Below, one piece after another: positions 39,885 through 52,077 of a stretch of 64,000 nt of DNA (the first letter of the stretch is position 1; every line of letters starts with the position of its first letter). Origin of the DNA: Podarcis bocagei (taxonomy: Eukaryota); NCBI GenBank assembly GCA_964188305.1, contig OZ076900.1; one strand, 5' to 3'. A program made the position numbers and the translations under genes. The notes below the pieces were generated by a model. The model ran no database searches and was not told the DNA's origin. It saw only the letters and a program-made list of their open reading frames with translations.

Positions 39885-40222
39885 CAGTGCTGGCTCACCC
39901 ATAAGGCAAGCTGAGGTGACTGCTTCAGGTGGTAGCATACACAGGGGCAGTAGATCCAGCCTCCAATGAATACATCACTCGCTGCTGTGGTAGCAGCAAT
40001 GACTGTGGTGTGCTCCTCCTTAGTTGCCCCAACCCCAAGTCACCTGTACAGCAGTCTCGGCTAATAGGAAGTGCTGCTGGTCCGTCCCCCCCATGTTCCT
40101 CTTGTAGATCTTTATTTTCCCCTTTTTCCTGATGACGATCTTCACTCACCCCTTCTTCCCTGAGAGGGGTGGGCACCATTTTGTGGTTTGCTTCAGGTGC
40201 CAAAATACATTGGGCTGGCATG
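39885..40222. mobile_element. Old hAT-like MITE (uninterrupted relative of 17965-18765)
   Basis: Termini CAGTGCTGGCT.../...GGGCTGGCATG and internal homology to the 18-kb copy. Confidence 0.6.
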
Positions 40223-41325
40223 CTTTTGCCACAATATAAATGCACCAGTGGTGTATTTATTCTGCTCTATTGGTTTTTCTGTGATGCTTCCCAAATGCTG
40301 CCACATTACTGCTGACCTGAGGGCTTAGAGAGCAACAAGGTGGACAGAAACAAACATTTGGTGTATAGAATGTTACAGGTTTCAGCAGGAAGTTACAGAA
40401 CATGTGCTGGTTGTAAATGAAGCAGTGAGACTGCTCCAAAATGTTTGTAGGTACAAACAGTATTGGATGTGGGATCACTCAGGACTGTTCCAATAGCACC
40501 ATGAACACAAATAATAATAATCTGTGCCATTAAAAGGACACCTTGAGGCACCCTTCATAGAATCCAAGCAGCAGTCTTATGGTGTTTTTTAAAAAAAAGA
40601 AAGTAGTTAATAGCCAATTATCATAAAAGTACAGTGCCTTTAGTTTAAATCCATATAATTGATATTTTAAAGGAAACTATGTTTGAGATAGGGCCTCTTG
40701 AAGGGATTACATTCATTAAGGATTACTACTCAGATATGTGTTAAGAGAGCTGTTCGGGAAGGACAGGATTATTAAAATAAAACTCCAAATCTAGACATAG
40801 GGTTTTATTGGGGGCGGGGGTACTTGCCAACTGACCAGAGAAACAAATGTGTCCCACTCTTGTACCTTTAACATTGCAGGAACCAGCAGATGTAGCTTTT
40901 CATAGCATTAAAAAAAATCCTGCTAAGGTTCACACATATGTTGCTGTTATTGTCACAGTTTCAATGGCTGGTTTAAAAAACTGGGAACCTTCATTATAAA
41001 CATGACTATTGGAATTTTCATTTAAACTTCCAAAGAGCTTGAACTGTAAATCCTACACAAAACAAAACATAAACCAATAGGATAGAATTGCACAACTAGG
41101 AGCCTCCCTTCTGTCTGTGCAACAGAAAAAGGCTTTCTTAAAACTAAGCTCACACATTCTCAAAGCTCCTTGCCCAATAATTTTCATGTCCCTGGGACAT
41201 CTTGCAAAAGGATCATGTTATTCTCCCACACACCACCATCACCAGTTCAACTGGAAGGTCCAGGGGAAACATTTTACACAAATGTTACCATGATAACAAA
41301 TTGAATTATTTGCTGAAGAGTAAGG

Positions 41326-41328
41326 ATT

Positions 41329-41408
<80 letters not shown>
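41326..41408. repeat. (TTTC)n microsatellite
   Basis: Seen directly. Confidence 0.98.
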
Positions 41409-42826
41409 GAAAATGCCTTAAGGTAGGGAACAGCAACTGGTAGATGCAAGACCAAATCCAGCCTCCTTGCTGTCCACCAAAGCTTTTATAAAAAGAGGTG
41501 AAGCACCATCATACAAAGTGGTTTTTGGCAGCAGGGCATGAGAGCTGTCATGGTGTAGTGGTGGCTTCCAGGTGTTCTTGAACTCAGACTCCTATCATCC
41601 CTAACCATTGGCCATGCTGTCTTGCGCTGTTGGGAGCTGACAGTGTAAAAACACCTGGAAGATACCACGTTGGCTCACCCCCGGGTTGTAAGGTCCCTAG
41701 ACTAGAACCAGGGAGACCCAGGTTTGTGTCAACCTGAACCTCTGGGAGGAAGGGGCAGGATATGAATCCCTTACATTTTAAAACCAACACCACACAATTG
41801 GAATTGTGCGGTCCACCATCCAGTCTGCGAAATGTACCCTTGACCCAAGTGTCTGGTGTTCAAATAATCCAAGTCTGAAATCAGACACCAACTAAGCTTT
41901 CAGTGTGGAAGGTCACTGGAACTAAAAAGCCCTCCTTTTGTCTGCTCCCTAAACAGCTTCCTTGGATTTAAGATTAGAGGCTGGCATACAGCCAGAGATG
42001 CTCTTGTTGCTGTAAACGTCATCCCTCTTCCAAACAAAAACAGATGCCCAAATATTAAGATAGGCCTTCTAACAGGCTGCAATGTAACAGAATGCAGAAC
42101 TCACTTGCTTTCCTTGACCACACTACATTCATTCCTTGTCTGATTGCCTCAGTCTCTCCCTCTCTAGTCACTCTTTTTCTCTTGTGAAACATCAAGAGCT
42201 ATGAAAAACACACATGCATTTGCAGTGCTAATTTTTCCAGACTGTCAAGCTTTCTCCACCAATTCTCCTCCCACCCTTCGGTTCCTAGGGCATCCATCAG
42301 TTTGCACAGTCACACTGGTTTTTATCAAGGCATTCTCAGCAAGAAGAAATGCTATTTTTAAGGCAGAAGGAGGCCAGTAAGCCTATTTCCCTCTGCCACC
42401 CTCAAGGTCACTTCAAAAAGCTTCCTCCACATTTTGTTCCTGAGAGACATTATTTGTGAAATAATCCCCACCTACTTGCTCACACTCCTATCCATGCTGT
42501 TGCTAAATGCTGCTTATAATCTCCGCATCAAAGCAACAGAGGCACATGAAAATGTGTCTTACTTGGAATTGCTTCCATCAGATTTATTGGGGGGGGTGCT
42601 TGTGAAGGGGGGGGGCAAACCATATTCATGATCCCAACAGTAGCATGCATTAAAAATGCTGCAAGAGCAATTAATGATGTCTTGCTGCAATCTAGTTTTA
42701 CCAAACATGAAATGCAGTTCTAGATAGCTTTTCAGGTCAAGAGGGAGATAATGTGTTTGGACGGTGGAGTTGGGGCATCGGTCTATAAACAGGCAGTGGC
42801 TATAATATGAAAAATCCAGCTAGCTA

Positions 42827-43069
<243 letters not shown>

Positions 43070-43212
43070 CTATGCAGCTGATGCTTATCACCAAACATCA
43101 CACAGCAAAAATACTATATTCCAGATCTTAAGCAATGTATTCAAACATATAATGCAGCTTACAACTAGGGTTTATGTGAAACATGTACACACAATCTCTA
43201 TCTCACTTGCAA

Positions 43213-43915
43213 GGTTGGAATCTTGTGCATGTTTACCTAGAAGTAAGCCCCACTGACTTCCAAGAAAACAGGGATAGGATTGGGCTTCTGTAGCCCAATA
43301 CCATCTATGCTTACTCCAGAGCAAATCTCACTGAGTGTAGCGGGGCTTATTCCTAACCCACAGGTATGCATACAATTGCTGCCTGCAGTCTATATGCCTC
43401 ATATATGTTGGTGTCTCACAACAGAACCTTAAGGTATCATTTTAGGGCTTTTCGTTCAGAGCAAACAAATACTTTAAACAAGCAAGCTGAAACAAATCCT
43501 ACCAATATCACTATGGCTCCCTCCCCCCCCCCAAAAAAAAAACAACCCTAAACATGCGCAGCCCATTCCTACGTATGCTTACTTAAATGCACGTATCACT
43601 ACATTCAGTGGGGCTTGTTCCCTGGTAATGATGCAGAAACCGGACTGCAGCCTTACCTGGAAGGAGTTCCAACTGGTTCTTACTTCCAAGCAGGCATGCA
43701 TAGGAAAGGACCTTTAACCCTGCCATCCTGTGCATGCCTACTTAGAAGTAAATCATCCTGAGTTCAATGGAGCTTATTCCCAGATAAGAGGGCACAGGAC
43801 TGCAGTGTGATTACGGGCTTAAACTATGGTGTAGATATACCCAAGAACACACACACACATGCACCGAATTTAGTGGGACTTACTTCTGAGTAAACACAGA
43901 TAAAGATCAGATATG
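43213..43915. repeat. Cluster of about 6 degenerate copies of an ~90-bp palindromic repeat in GRIA3 intron 1
   Basis: Recurrent ATCCT.TGCATG..TAC.TAGAAGTAA...CAC TGA..TCAATGGGGCTTA.TCC....GCATAGGA.TGCAG units. Dispersed single copies at about 2720, 3250, 47195, 48160, 54520 and 59265. Confidence 0.7.
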
Positions 43916-45568
43916 CATAGCATAAGGCTCCATGGACCTTGGGGACTGGCGGGCTTCTGCAAGGGTTTTATGTCTTGGCTCCAGGTAAGGGTTCAAAAGC
44001 GTTCTGTTTTGGTCCCGGAGCAACACATAGCAGACACACGTTATGCACGGACAAAGTTTTGAACAGCAATGCGCACAGAGGTCTCCCCAACAAAGACTGG
44101 CACGGATTTCGCCTTGGAAGCAGTGAAGGAGAAGGCATTGGGCTGGACCCTTCAAACCGAACTTATTCTTGTAATTTTTATTGTGCGGGGGGGGGGGAGG
44201 AAGTCAATCCCCCTTCCCCCAGAGATGAAGAAACAAAAAGACCATCTGCTTCAGTCGCAAGATGGTCCAAGGTTTAATCCCCAGCCCCATCTCCGGGTAG
44301 GGCTGGAATAAGGACCCTCGAGAGCCACTGCCAGCCAGTGTAGACGGCAGTGAGTCAGATGGACCAATGGCCTGACTTCCAGCGCATCCATGGGATGCAT
44401 TCCAAAGGAGCTTCCTATGTATCGCTACCACCCTTGCCGGTTCCTTCTGCAGCCGTGTAGGAAAGGCTACAGCCGCAAACGGAAGGGGGGCGGGAGGAAC
44501 CCTAACCGAGGTAAAACGGCGCCTTACGCTAAATGAATACAACGCTATTTTTAAACACGGCTTGGCATTTCTCAATGCCCCAGAACCCCAGTGGGAGGGA
44601 ACTTTGCACTCCCACTCGCGGAACAGCCCCCCCCCAAATACATTGGATGCAACGCTCGTTTGATGACATATGCAGGCAGACAAGGAATTGATTATTTTAG
44701 CCATCTGCCTGCACGCTCCCCTCCGTTTGTCCGCTCCAACCGCCCCCACTCTCCCCCCCACCTCGCTTCATGCCAGCCCAACACACACACGAGACACCCG
44801 ATGGATGGTTGTGCCATTTCCGATAGCTTGGTCCTATTAGTCTTGGCACATTTGAGTCCATCAGCTAGACTAACACACCGTCCCGTCCCCCCTCCCCCAC
44901 GTCCAACGAGTCTGCAAACAAGACAATGTTTAGAGGTTTTAGAAGAGCTGCGAGTCACAAAAGCGTACTCCATTAAACGGCAGAGTTACGTGCCTCGCGA
45001 ATCTTGTTGAGTGGGGAGGGAAAGAGAGGGGGAGAGGAAGTTTTGGATTCAGGTGGATTACGGGGGGAAATAGAGTGATGACACGGAGCCTCTCTAGCCC
45101 CCTTTTTGGGGGAAGGGGGGAGATGAGTGAAAGTTTTGCTTTTCCATTGGGTGAGGGCTTACAGATAATTCTTTAACGAGAATAGCACCCCAATCGACGA
45201 TCAAATCAAGAGGTGGGGTCTTTAACATAAATAAATCACGATTTCAAATGAGACTGCAAGTCTCATAGTACTGTTAATAATGGTACCGCAATCCAGACTT
45301 CCGTCCCAGCGCTGCCCACCCTCGACCCATTATTAATCTGTCCAAAGGTATGCAGCGCTGCATTTTAATTTTAAAGCAAATGACAATTTCTTTTAGCGAG
45401 TGCCTGTCTTGGGGGATCCTTGCGGGAGTGGCGGCGGGGTGGGGGAGTGGAAAGAGGAAAGGCAGTGGGGTATACGAGTTTGAGATGAAAAGGTCGACCC
45501 CCCCCCACACACATCGCCACTACTAACATCGACTTCTTTCAATCTTCTTTCAGTATAACCTTGAAGCG

Positions 45569-45620
<52 letters not shown>
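45569..45620. repeat. (AAT)n microsatellite, 35 nt into GRIA3 intron 1
   Basis: Seen directly. Confidence 0.98.
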
Positions 45621-45622
<2 letters not shown>

Positions 45623-45655
45623 TAGGCGCTTTGGAAAGTGATACGAGCTTCTTAC

Positions 45656-45746
45656 CTATACTGATGGTGTTTGGAAAACCTCCGAGCGACTCCCCCAGAA
45701 GCCCCACCAGCATGAGGAAAATAGTTGGAGGCACCGGCTGACCCAT
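45656..45746 (-). CDS. GRIA3: GRIA3 coding exon 1 (signal peptide and start of the amino-terminal domain)
   Basis: Translates to [30 protein letters not shown] plus the first base of Gly, matching the GluA3 N-terminus as recalled ([31 protein letters not shown]). Ends at donor ATAG|GTAAG (phase 1). An in-frame TAG lies upstream of the ATG. Confidence 0.96.
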
Positions 45747-45827
45747 ATTAATATGATTTTTTTCCCTTCTTCTGTTCGTCTAGTTTTCGTTTCGCTCGGT
45801 TCTTCTTCGGCCCCTGCAGTTCAGTCC

Positions 45828-45854
45828 CTACGACGAAACTGACCAGATGGGCAT
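45828..45854 (-). promoter_or_regulatory. Upstream ORF in the GRIA3 leader (MPIWSVSS*)
   Basis: ATG CCC ATC TGG TCA GTT TCG TCG TAG on the minus strand, ending 81 nt before the main ATG. Being transcribed depends on the TSS lying upstream of it. Confidence 0.6.
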
Positions 45855-45872
45855 CGGCACAAATGTGGGGAG

Positions 45873-46000
45873 NNNNNNNNNNNNNNNNNNNNNNNNNNNN
45901 NNNNNNNNNNNNNNNNNNNNNNNNNNNNNNNNNNNNNNNNNNNNNNNNNNNNNNNNNNNNNNNNNNNNNNNNNNNNNNNNNNNNNNNNNNNNNNNNNNNN
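45873..46000. other. Assembly gap (128 N) in the GRIA3 5' region
   Basis: Run of N. Confidence 0.99.
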
Positions 46001-46679
46001 CGTTTTCTCCCTCGTTCCTCCCTTCTTCACTCCAGCCTGCAAAGGCTCATTGGCTTGGAGGAGCTCGCAGCGCAGCCGAGCTGGGACTACGCTTGCCTCT
46101 CCCCCTCTTCCCCTACGCAAAGATGGTGGGGCGAGCCAAGCAAACGATCGCCCCCACCTCGCTAGCCTGCCTGCCTTTCCCCTACCCAAAGAGCGAGCCG
46201 CCCCCGATCGGGCCACGCGGGGGCTCACAGCTCAAACTTCATCTGCTGCCTCTTGAGCGCGGGTCGTCCCCTTTTCAGGCTCCCCGCACGAACTGCCGCA
46301 AGAGCCCCGCAAAACGCGGCGTCTCGATGTGTGTCAGTTTCACCGGCAAGTGAGTGAGTGAGAGAGAGAGGCAGGCGGGCTGCTGCTGCAACGCCGGGAG
46401 ATGCGATCAATGGCAACACACCGAGGCTCACGTGGACCTTCCTTTAAAGCTGGCCCCTTTAAAGCTGCATTGACTCTTTCTCGCATTCCATCTCTGGGAG
46501 GAGGAGGGGGAGAAAGAAAGGAAGGAAGGAAGGAAGGAAGAGAGGGAGAGAAAGAAAAGAGGGAGGTATAGCCAAGAGACAGGGCGATGAGAAAGGTGGG
46601 GGGAAGAGAGGGATTGCGGGAGAGGAAGGCAAGCACACGGAAAGGTGGGGGTGAGGAGTGTTAGGAAACATATTCATTT

Positions 46680-46835
46680 AGTCCATCTAGCTCAGCATTG
46701 TCTGCACTGAGTGGCAGCGGCTCTCCAAGGTTTCAGGCAGAGGACATTTCCCCTGCCCTCCCTGGAGATGCCAGGGATTGAACCTCTGGGCCTTCTGCAT
46801 GCAAAGCAGGTGATCTATCACCAAGCTAAGGCTCT
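46680..46835 (-). mobile_element. tRNA-derived SINE (Squam2-like) next to the GRIA3 promoter
   Basis: Reverse complement has a B box (GGTTCAATCCC) and the same body as the other copies. Confidence 0.7.
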
Positions 46836-47712
46836 TCCTGCTCTCCCCAGGAGCAAGGCACCTATGCCTCAAGGCTGTTCCCCTGTTCATACACCTGGAC
46901 TAAGGAGTACAGCCTAAGGAACACCAAAGTCACCAGGGCAGCCAACAGGGTGCCATCCAGCTAGTCCAGCTCTCCTACAGCCAGCCTAGCCAATGACCAG
47001 GGAGATGGGAGATGGAGTCCAGTACCTGCGACCAAGTGGGAGGAAGAGTGTTCTTAGGCTTCAGTCTTCCCTGTCACCTTCCTACAGGTATCTGGTTGGC
47101 CACTGTGATAATAGGAAGCTGGACTATATGGGCCATTGGCCTGATCTAGACAGGCTCTTCTTAGGTTTTTATCTTTCTGATGGAAGCTGCATAGGATGAA
47201 CTGCAATCTCTGTACACATGTTTCCTTGGGAGTAATCCCTATTAATCAACAATGGACTCCTCCCTTCTTATCCTGCATAGCAAGGGTGGGGAACCTTTGG
47301 CTTCTAGGTATTACATCTCTCATTAGTCTCAGCAAGCATAGACAATGGCCAGGGATGATGGGAGTTGAAGTTCAGCAGCATCTGGAGGGCCCCATCTGCT
47401 GCATAGGATCAGGTCGCCACTCTGCAACTATGCTTATATCAAAATAAGCTCCTCTTAGATACAGTGGAGCTTCTTTCTGGTAGACATGCATAGGCTCTCA
47501 GGCTGTAGTCCGCCATGGAGAGAGTTGAGTGCAGGTAGTGAGATGTACTTCTAGGCTTGGGCAGGGAATGCTCTGCCAAAGAGAGGATTTCAATAGGGAT
47601 GTTAGTATTTTCCCAGCCCTGCAAAACAAACTGATGTCTGTGCTGGACAGCTAACCTTTCTTCTGCACAATCTCAGAAAGGCACAAGAAGGAGTTAAGAT
47701 CTACAAAGTTGG

Positions 47713-47975
47713 ATCAGTGTGGTGTAGTGGTTAAGAGCAGTAGACTCGTAATCTGGTGAACCGGGTTCATGTCTCCACTCCTCCACATGCAGCTGCTGGG
47801 TGACCTTGGGCTAGTCACACTTCTTTGAAGTCTCTCAGCCCCACTCACCTCACAGAATGTTTGTTGTGGGGGAGGAAGGGAAAGGGGAATGTTAGCCGCT
47901 TTGAGACTCCTTCGGGTTGATAAAGCGGGATATCAAATCCAAACTACTCCTCCTCCTCCTCTTCTTCTTCTTCTC
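47713..47975 (+). mobile_element. Squam3-like tRNA-derived SINE, full length
   Basis: A-box GTGGTGTAGTGGTTAAG, B-box-like GGGTTCATGTC, MIR/CORE-like GGGTGACCTTGGGCTAGTCAC, L2-like 3' end and (CCT/CTT)n tail. Confidence 0.85.
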
Positions 47976-48723
47976 CCTCCCCCACCCTCTGCCTAAATGG
48001 TGAAAGGACATAAATACGCACAGGAACAGCTAGAGACATATCCAATGGAGCTTCTGGAAACAGAATAATAAAAAAGGGAGACTTTAGGGCAAGGAATGTA
48101 AAGACTTTGAAGAAAATGAAGCATAAAAGCTCTTTGCAGAGCTGGCTTGACAGTGTTCTCCTATGCATGTTTATTCAGAATAAGCTGCACTGCTTCTAAT
48201 GGGGTTTATTCCTCAGTGAAGTTTGGTTAGCATTACAGCTTAAACCATTGTGCAACCACCAGTGGTGCTGCATCATGTTATCTGAAAGATGTAAGTTATT
48301 TTATTTTAGGTTATTCACTACCTTTCTATCCCACTTGTTCTCCAAGGTGGCTTTACATACTTAATCCCTTTATTTATTCGCAAAACAACTCTGTGCGGTA
48401 GGTTAGACTGAAAGATGCTGACTGGGCAAGATCACCAGCTGAGCTTCATGGCTGAATCGAGGTGTGAAGCTTGGTCTCCCGGGTCCTAGTTGAATACTCT
48501 AGTAGCATTTGTTTGCAAGAGGAAACTGCCTAATACTGAGTCAGACCAGTTGCCTACTATTGCTATCTATGATGCTGACCGCCAGCAGCTCCCCAGAGTT
48601 TCTTGCCTGGAGATGCCAGGGATTGCCACCTTTCTCATTGAAAAGATCTATCAGTAAATCCTTATCTATACTTTCCAACCACCCCTGGTATATATCATGA
48701 CTAGCAGGCATTGAAAACCTTAG

Positions 48724-49632
48724 TAAAGGTAAAGGGACCCCTGACCATTAGGTCCAGTCGTGACCAACTCTGGGGTTGCGGTGCTCATCTCATTTTATTG
48801 GCCGAGGGAGCCGGCCTACAGCTTCCGGGTCATGTGGCCAGCATGACTAAGCCACTTCTGGCGAACCAGAGCAGAACACGGAAATGCCGTTTACCTTCCC
48901 GCCGGAGCGGTACCTATTTATCTACTTGCTCAGCTGATTCCAACACCTGCAGGACCAATAACCTCCTGAGTAAAATTATAGCTAGAAACCCTGTTTACGT
49001 CCTCCATTAGGTCCAATTGCAGGTTCCCATGCCTCTTGCTCTCAGATACATGAATCAAGTCTGACTCCTGCTCAGTTTCATTTGGAGCTCTCCCTGGCCA
49101 TGTTAATTTGCCTGTACTCTTATCTCCCTTTCCCAATCTATCTATCATTTCTGCCTGGGGGGGGGGACACCATAGGCCTCTCTCTTCCTCAACATTGTTT
49201 TCAGAGGCTGTAGTAGCTATCCACAGATCTCCACTCTCACTTTAATTGGATTATATTGGATTATCTCCCAATTTTGAGGTCCTTGGACCAGCAGCATCAG
49301 AAACACTCTCATGAACATGTTCCATGTTCCTTCTTTTCCTTCTTTTCTGTGTCCTCCAATGCACAGAGGAGGTGCCAGTGTGGCAGATCTTCTTTCTAAC
49401 CTCTTACAGCTACACCTCCACCACCCACCAAGCCATTAGCACTCAAAGCTCTAATTGAGATAACTTTTTTCTCAAGGTCATCATTACATGTTCAGTCATG
49501 TTGAGTAAAAAGCTGTAAAAAGAAGGGACTGAGCAACGGGAACTCACCCCGTTGCGGGGATTTGAACTGCCGGCCTTCTGATTGGCAAGTCCTAGGCTCT
49601 GTGGGTTAACCCACAGCGCTACCTGCGTCCCC
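48724..49632 (-). mobile_element. Composite Sauria SINE split by about 595 bp of foreign sequence (48930-49524)
   Basis: Perfect 13-bp TSD TTGAAAACCTTAG (48711-48723, 49633-49645). The flanks rejoin into a continuous CR1 3' fragment. About 38 bp of SINE is missing at the break. Confidence 0.85.
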
Positions 49633-50212
49633 TTGAAAACCTTAGCCTCCATGAATTTGTCTAATCCCATTTGAAAGCCATCCAAATTGATGACCTCTTC
49701 CATATCTAAGTTGTGTACAGTTTGAGAGTGGTACCCACAGAGTTCCTTCCTGGGTACCATCTTCCAGGCTTCATGCCATGTTGTTATTGCCCTGAATAAT
49801 ATCGTGTCATCCCAAGAACGTGTACTTGGGCTAACTCTGGAAATGCAGGATGGGATAACTGAAGATAAGAGTGCATGAGAGTGGAGGCATCAGAAAATAA
49901 GAAGAGCTGAAAATGGCAATCAGGGAGTGAAGGATCTGGCAGAACTGTAGCTACGGGGGAGGGGGGAGCTAGCTGGGTCCCCCTCCCCCGGGTGAAGCCT
50001 CCAGAGGGATGCCATTGAGGCTCCCAGCCTGTGTGTGTACGCAAATGTATGTGGAGGATGCCAAACTGGATCTGGGAATGAAAAGGGAATGAGAAGACTG
50101 ACCTAGCACCATGCAATGGGCTTTGTGGAAGAACAGCACTTCAGGCTCAGATCACCCTGGTCTAAGACTATTCGCTGCAGCATTCTGGACTCCAGTGAGA
50201 ATGAGCTGTGCA

Positions 50213-50661
50213 AGACCTACCCACCTTGGAAGAATGGCAGATGAAGGTGATAGACTACATGGGACTGGCTGAAATGACTGGCAGAATCCGAGACCAGAGG
50301 AAAGAGACGGCGGAAGAAGATTGGATGAAATTTAAAATTTATCTTAAGAAATATTGTAAAATTAATGAGTGCTAAAATGTTGTGGTTATAAAAAATAGGG
50401 GATTATAGCAGTAAAAGATTAAGTAAAAGAAAACAATAAGGAAAAATTAGATAAAATTAAGGGGGAGGATTTGCTGAAACAAATTTGGAAATTGGAATGC
50501 AGAAAGGGGAGGTATGGGGAAGTCGATGAAGCAAGTTTCAAGAAAAAAAGGACTTGAAATTATACATGTTTGTTTTTGTGTGTGTATGTTTGTATTGTGT
50601 AGTGTATTGTGTCTGTTTTTATAATTTGTGAAAATCCAATAAATATTTTATAAAAAAAAGA
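50213..50661 (+). mobile_element. 5'-truncated L1 (ORF2 C-terminus, 3' UTR, polyA)
   Basis: DLPTLEEWQMKVIDYMGLAEMTGRIRDQRKETAEEDWMKFKIYLKKYCKINEC*, AATAAA plus polyA, and a 16-bp TSD GAGAATGAGCTGTGCA (50197-50212, 50662-50677). Confidence 0.9.
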
Positions 50662-51765
50662 GAGAATGAGCTGTGCAGGTACATTTCCCAATGAAAAGTA
50701 GGGTTGCCAACTTTTTTTTTAGTGAGTTCTGCTTGCATGCATTTTAACAGGAGCTTGATCCACCATCATTTATTTATGTATTTTGCCAATTTGTTTCTCA
50801 CTTAACCAAAGTTGTCTCTAAACACTGTGCAGAAGACTTAATACAATGAAACTAAAAATGAGTTAAAGCCATAAAATCAAGTATTAGCAGGCAATCAGAC
50901 TTACCTTATGCATGTTGCAATGCTTCACCTGCTGATTTCTGCAAAGTGAACTGTAGCTCAAGGCAGAAAAGCAGGACTAGGCAACCCTATTATAATACAG
51001 GATTCTGGCCTTCCTGAAAGCCCTCACTTCTTATTTCTCCATAACTACGGCCAAGCACAGTCCTGCAGGGTTAAAGATGCTACATTTGTTTCATGTTTAT
51101 CTGTCTATAGATTTTGCTGTTCTCTTCTTTTCTCGGCTCTGCATGAGATTCCTTAAAAAAAGGGGGACGGACGAACAGACCTCTCAAGTAATCTCTTTCG
51201 TTCCTGAACAAATGCAAAATGAAAATAAATTCTTATAGAAATGTAGGAAGCTGCCTTTCATACCCTGTTAGGTCATTCAGTTATCTTGCACAATATTGCC
51301 TACTATGACTGGCAATGGCTCTCCGGAGCCTCAAGCAGGTCTGTCCTTCTCATCATCCACTACCTGATTTTTTTATTTGGAAATGCAAAGACTGGACCCG
51401 GGATCTTCTGCATGCAAAGTGTGTGTTCTGCCACTGCTCTTTCCTAAATGCAGCTGTTCCCATTTTAGTGCCCTGCAAGTATGTTCTATTACTAGCAGCA
51501 AATATTCCTTCCAGCTTTCTCTGCTGCTGGGTCTATGTATGCATCCAAACGAAGTGTGAAAAATGTAGTAGAATAGATTATACCAGTCCAGATTTTTGGC
51601 TTTGGACACTGTATGTGGTTAAAGCATATATAAAGCACACAACTTTCCCAAAATAATTCAGAGAACTCTATTTTACCCTTCACAGAGCTGCAATTCCCAG
51701 CCAGCTTAATGAACTACAGAACCTAGGATTATTTTTATGGGGGGGGGAGACAGGATGTGCTTTTA

Positions 51766-52077
51766 AGAAGAAGAAGAAGAAGAGGAGGAGGAGGAGGAGG
51801 AGGAGGAGGAGGAGGAGGAGGAGGAGGAGGAGGAGGAGGAGTTTGGATTTGATATTCCACTTTATCACTCCCCTTCAGGAGTCTCAAAGCGGCTAACATT
51901 CTCCTTTCCCTTCCTCCCCCCACAACAAAAACTCTGTGAGGTGAGTGGGGCTGAGAGACTTCAAAGAAGTGTGACTAGCCCAAGGTCACCCAGCAGCTGC
52001 ATGTGGAGGAGTGGGGAAGCGAATCCGGTTCCTCAGATTACGAGTCCACTGCTCTTAACCACTACACCACACTGGCT
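51766..52077 (-). mobile_element. Squam3-like SINE with an expanded (CCT)n(CTT)n tail
   Basis: Reverse complement matches 47713-47975. The tail appears as the (GAA)(GGA)n run at 51766-51841. Confidence 0.87.

Larger units (their letters stand above)
45747..46460 (-). promoter_or_regulatory. GRIA3: GRIA3 CpG-island promoter / 5' UTR
   Basis: Dense CpG and high GC immediately upstream of the ATG. CCAAT on the minus strand at about 46049-46053, E-box CACGTG at 46429-46434, purine-rich tract beyond 46495. Interrupted by an N gap. Confidence 0.8.

Noticed and set aside
45393-45655. Poly-Leu extension of the exon 1 ORF
   Set aside because: Intron read-through across the (AAT)n repeat past a canonical donor. 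Similar poly-N/I/L/P ORFs at 1500, 26273 and 51680 are microsatellite translations.
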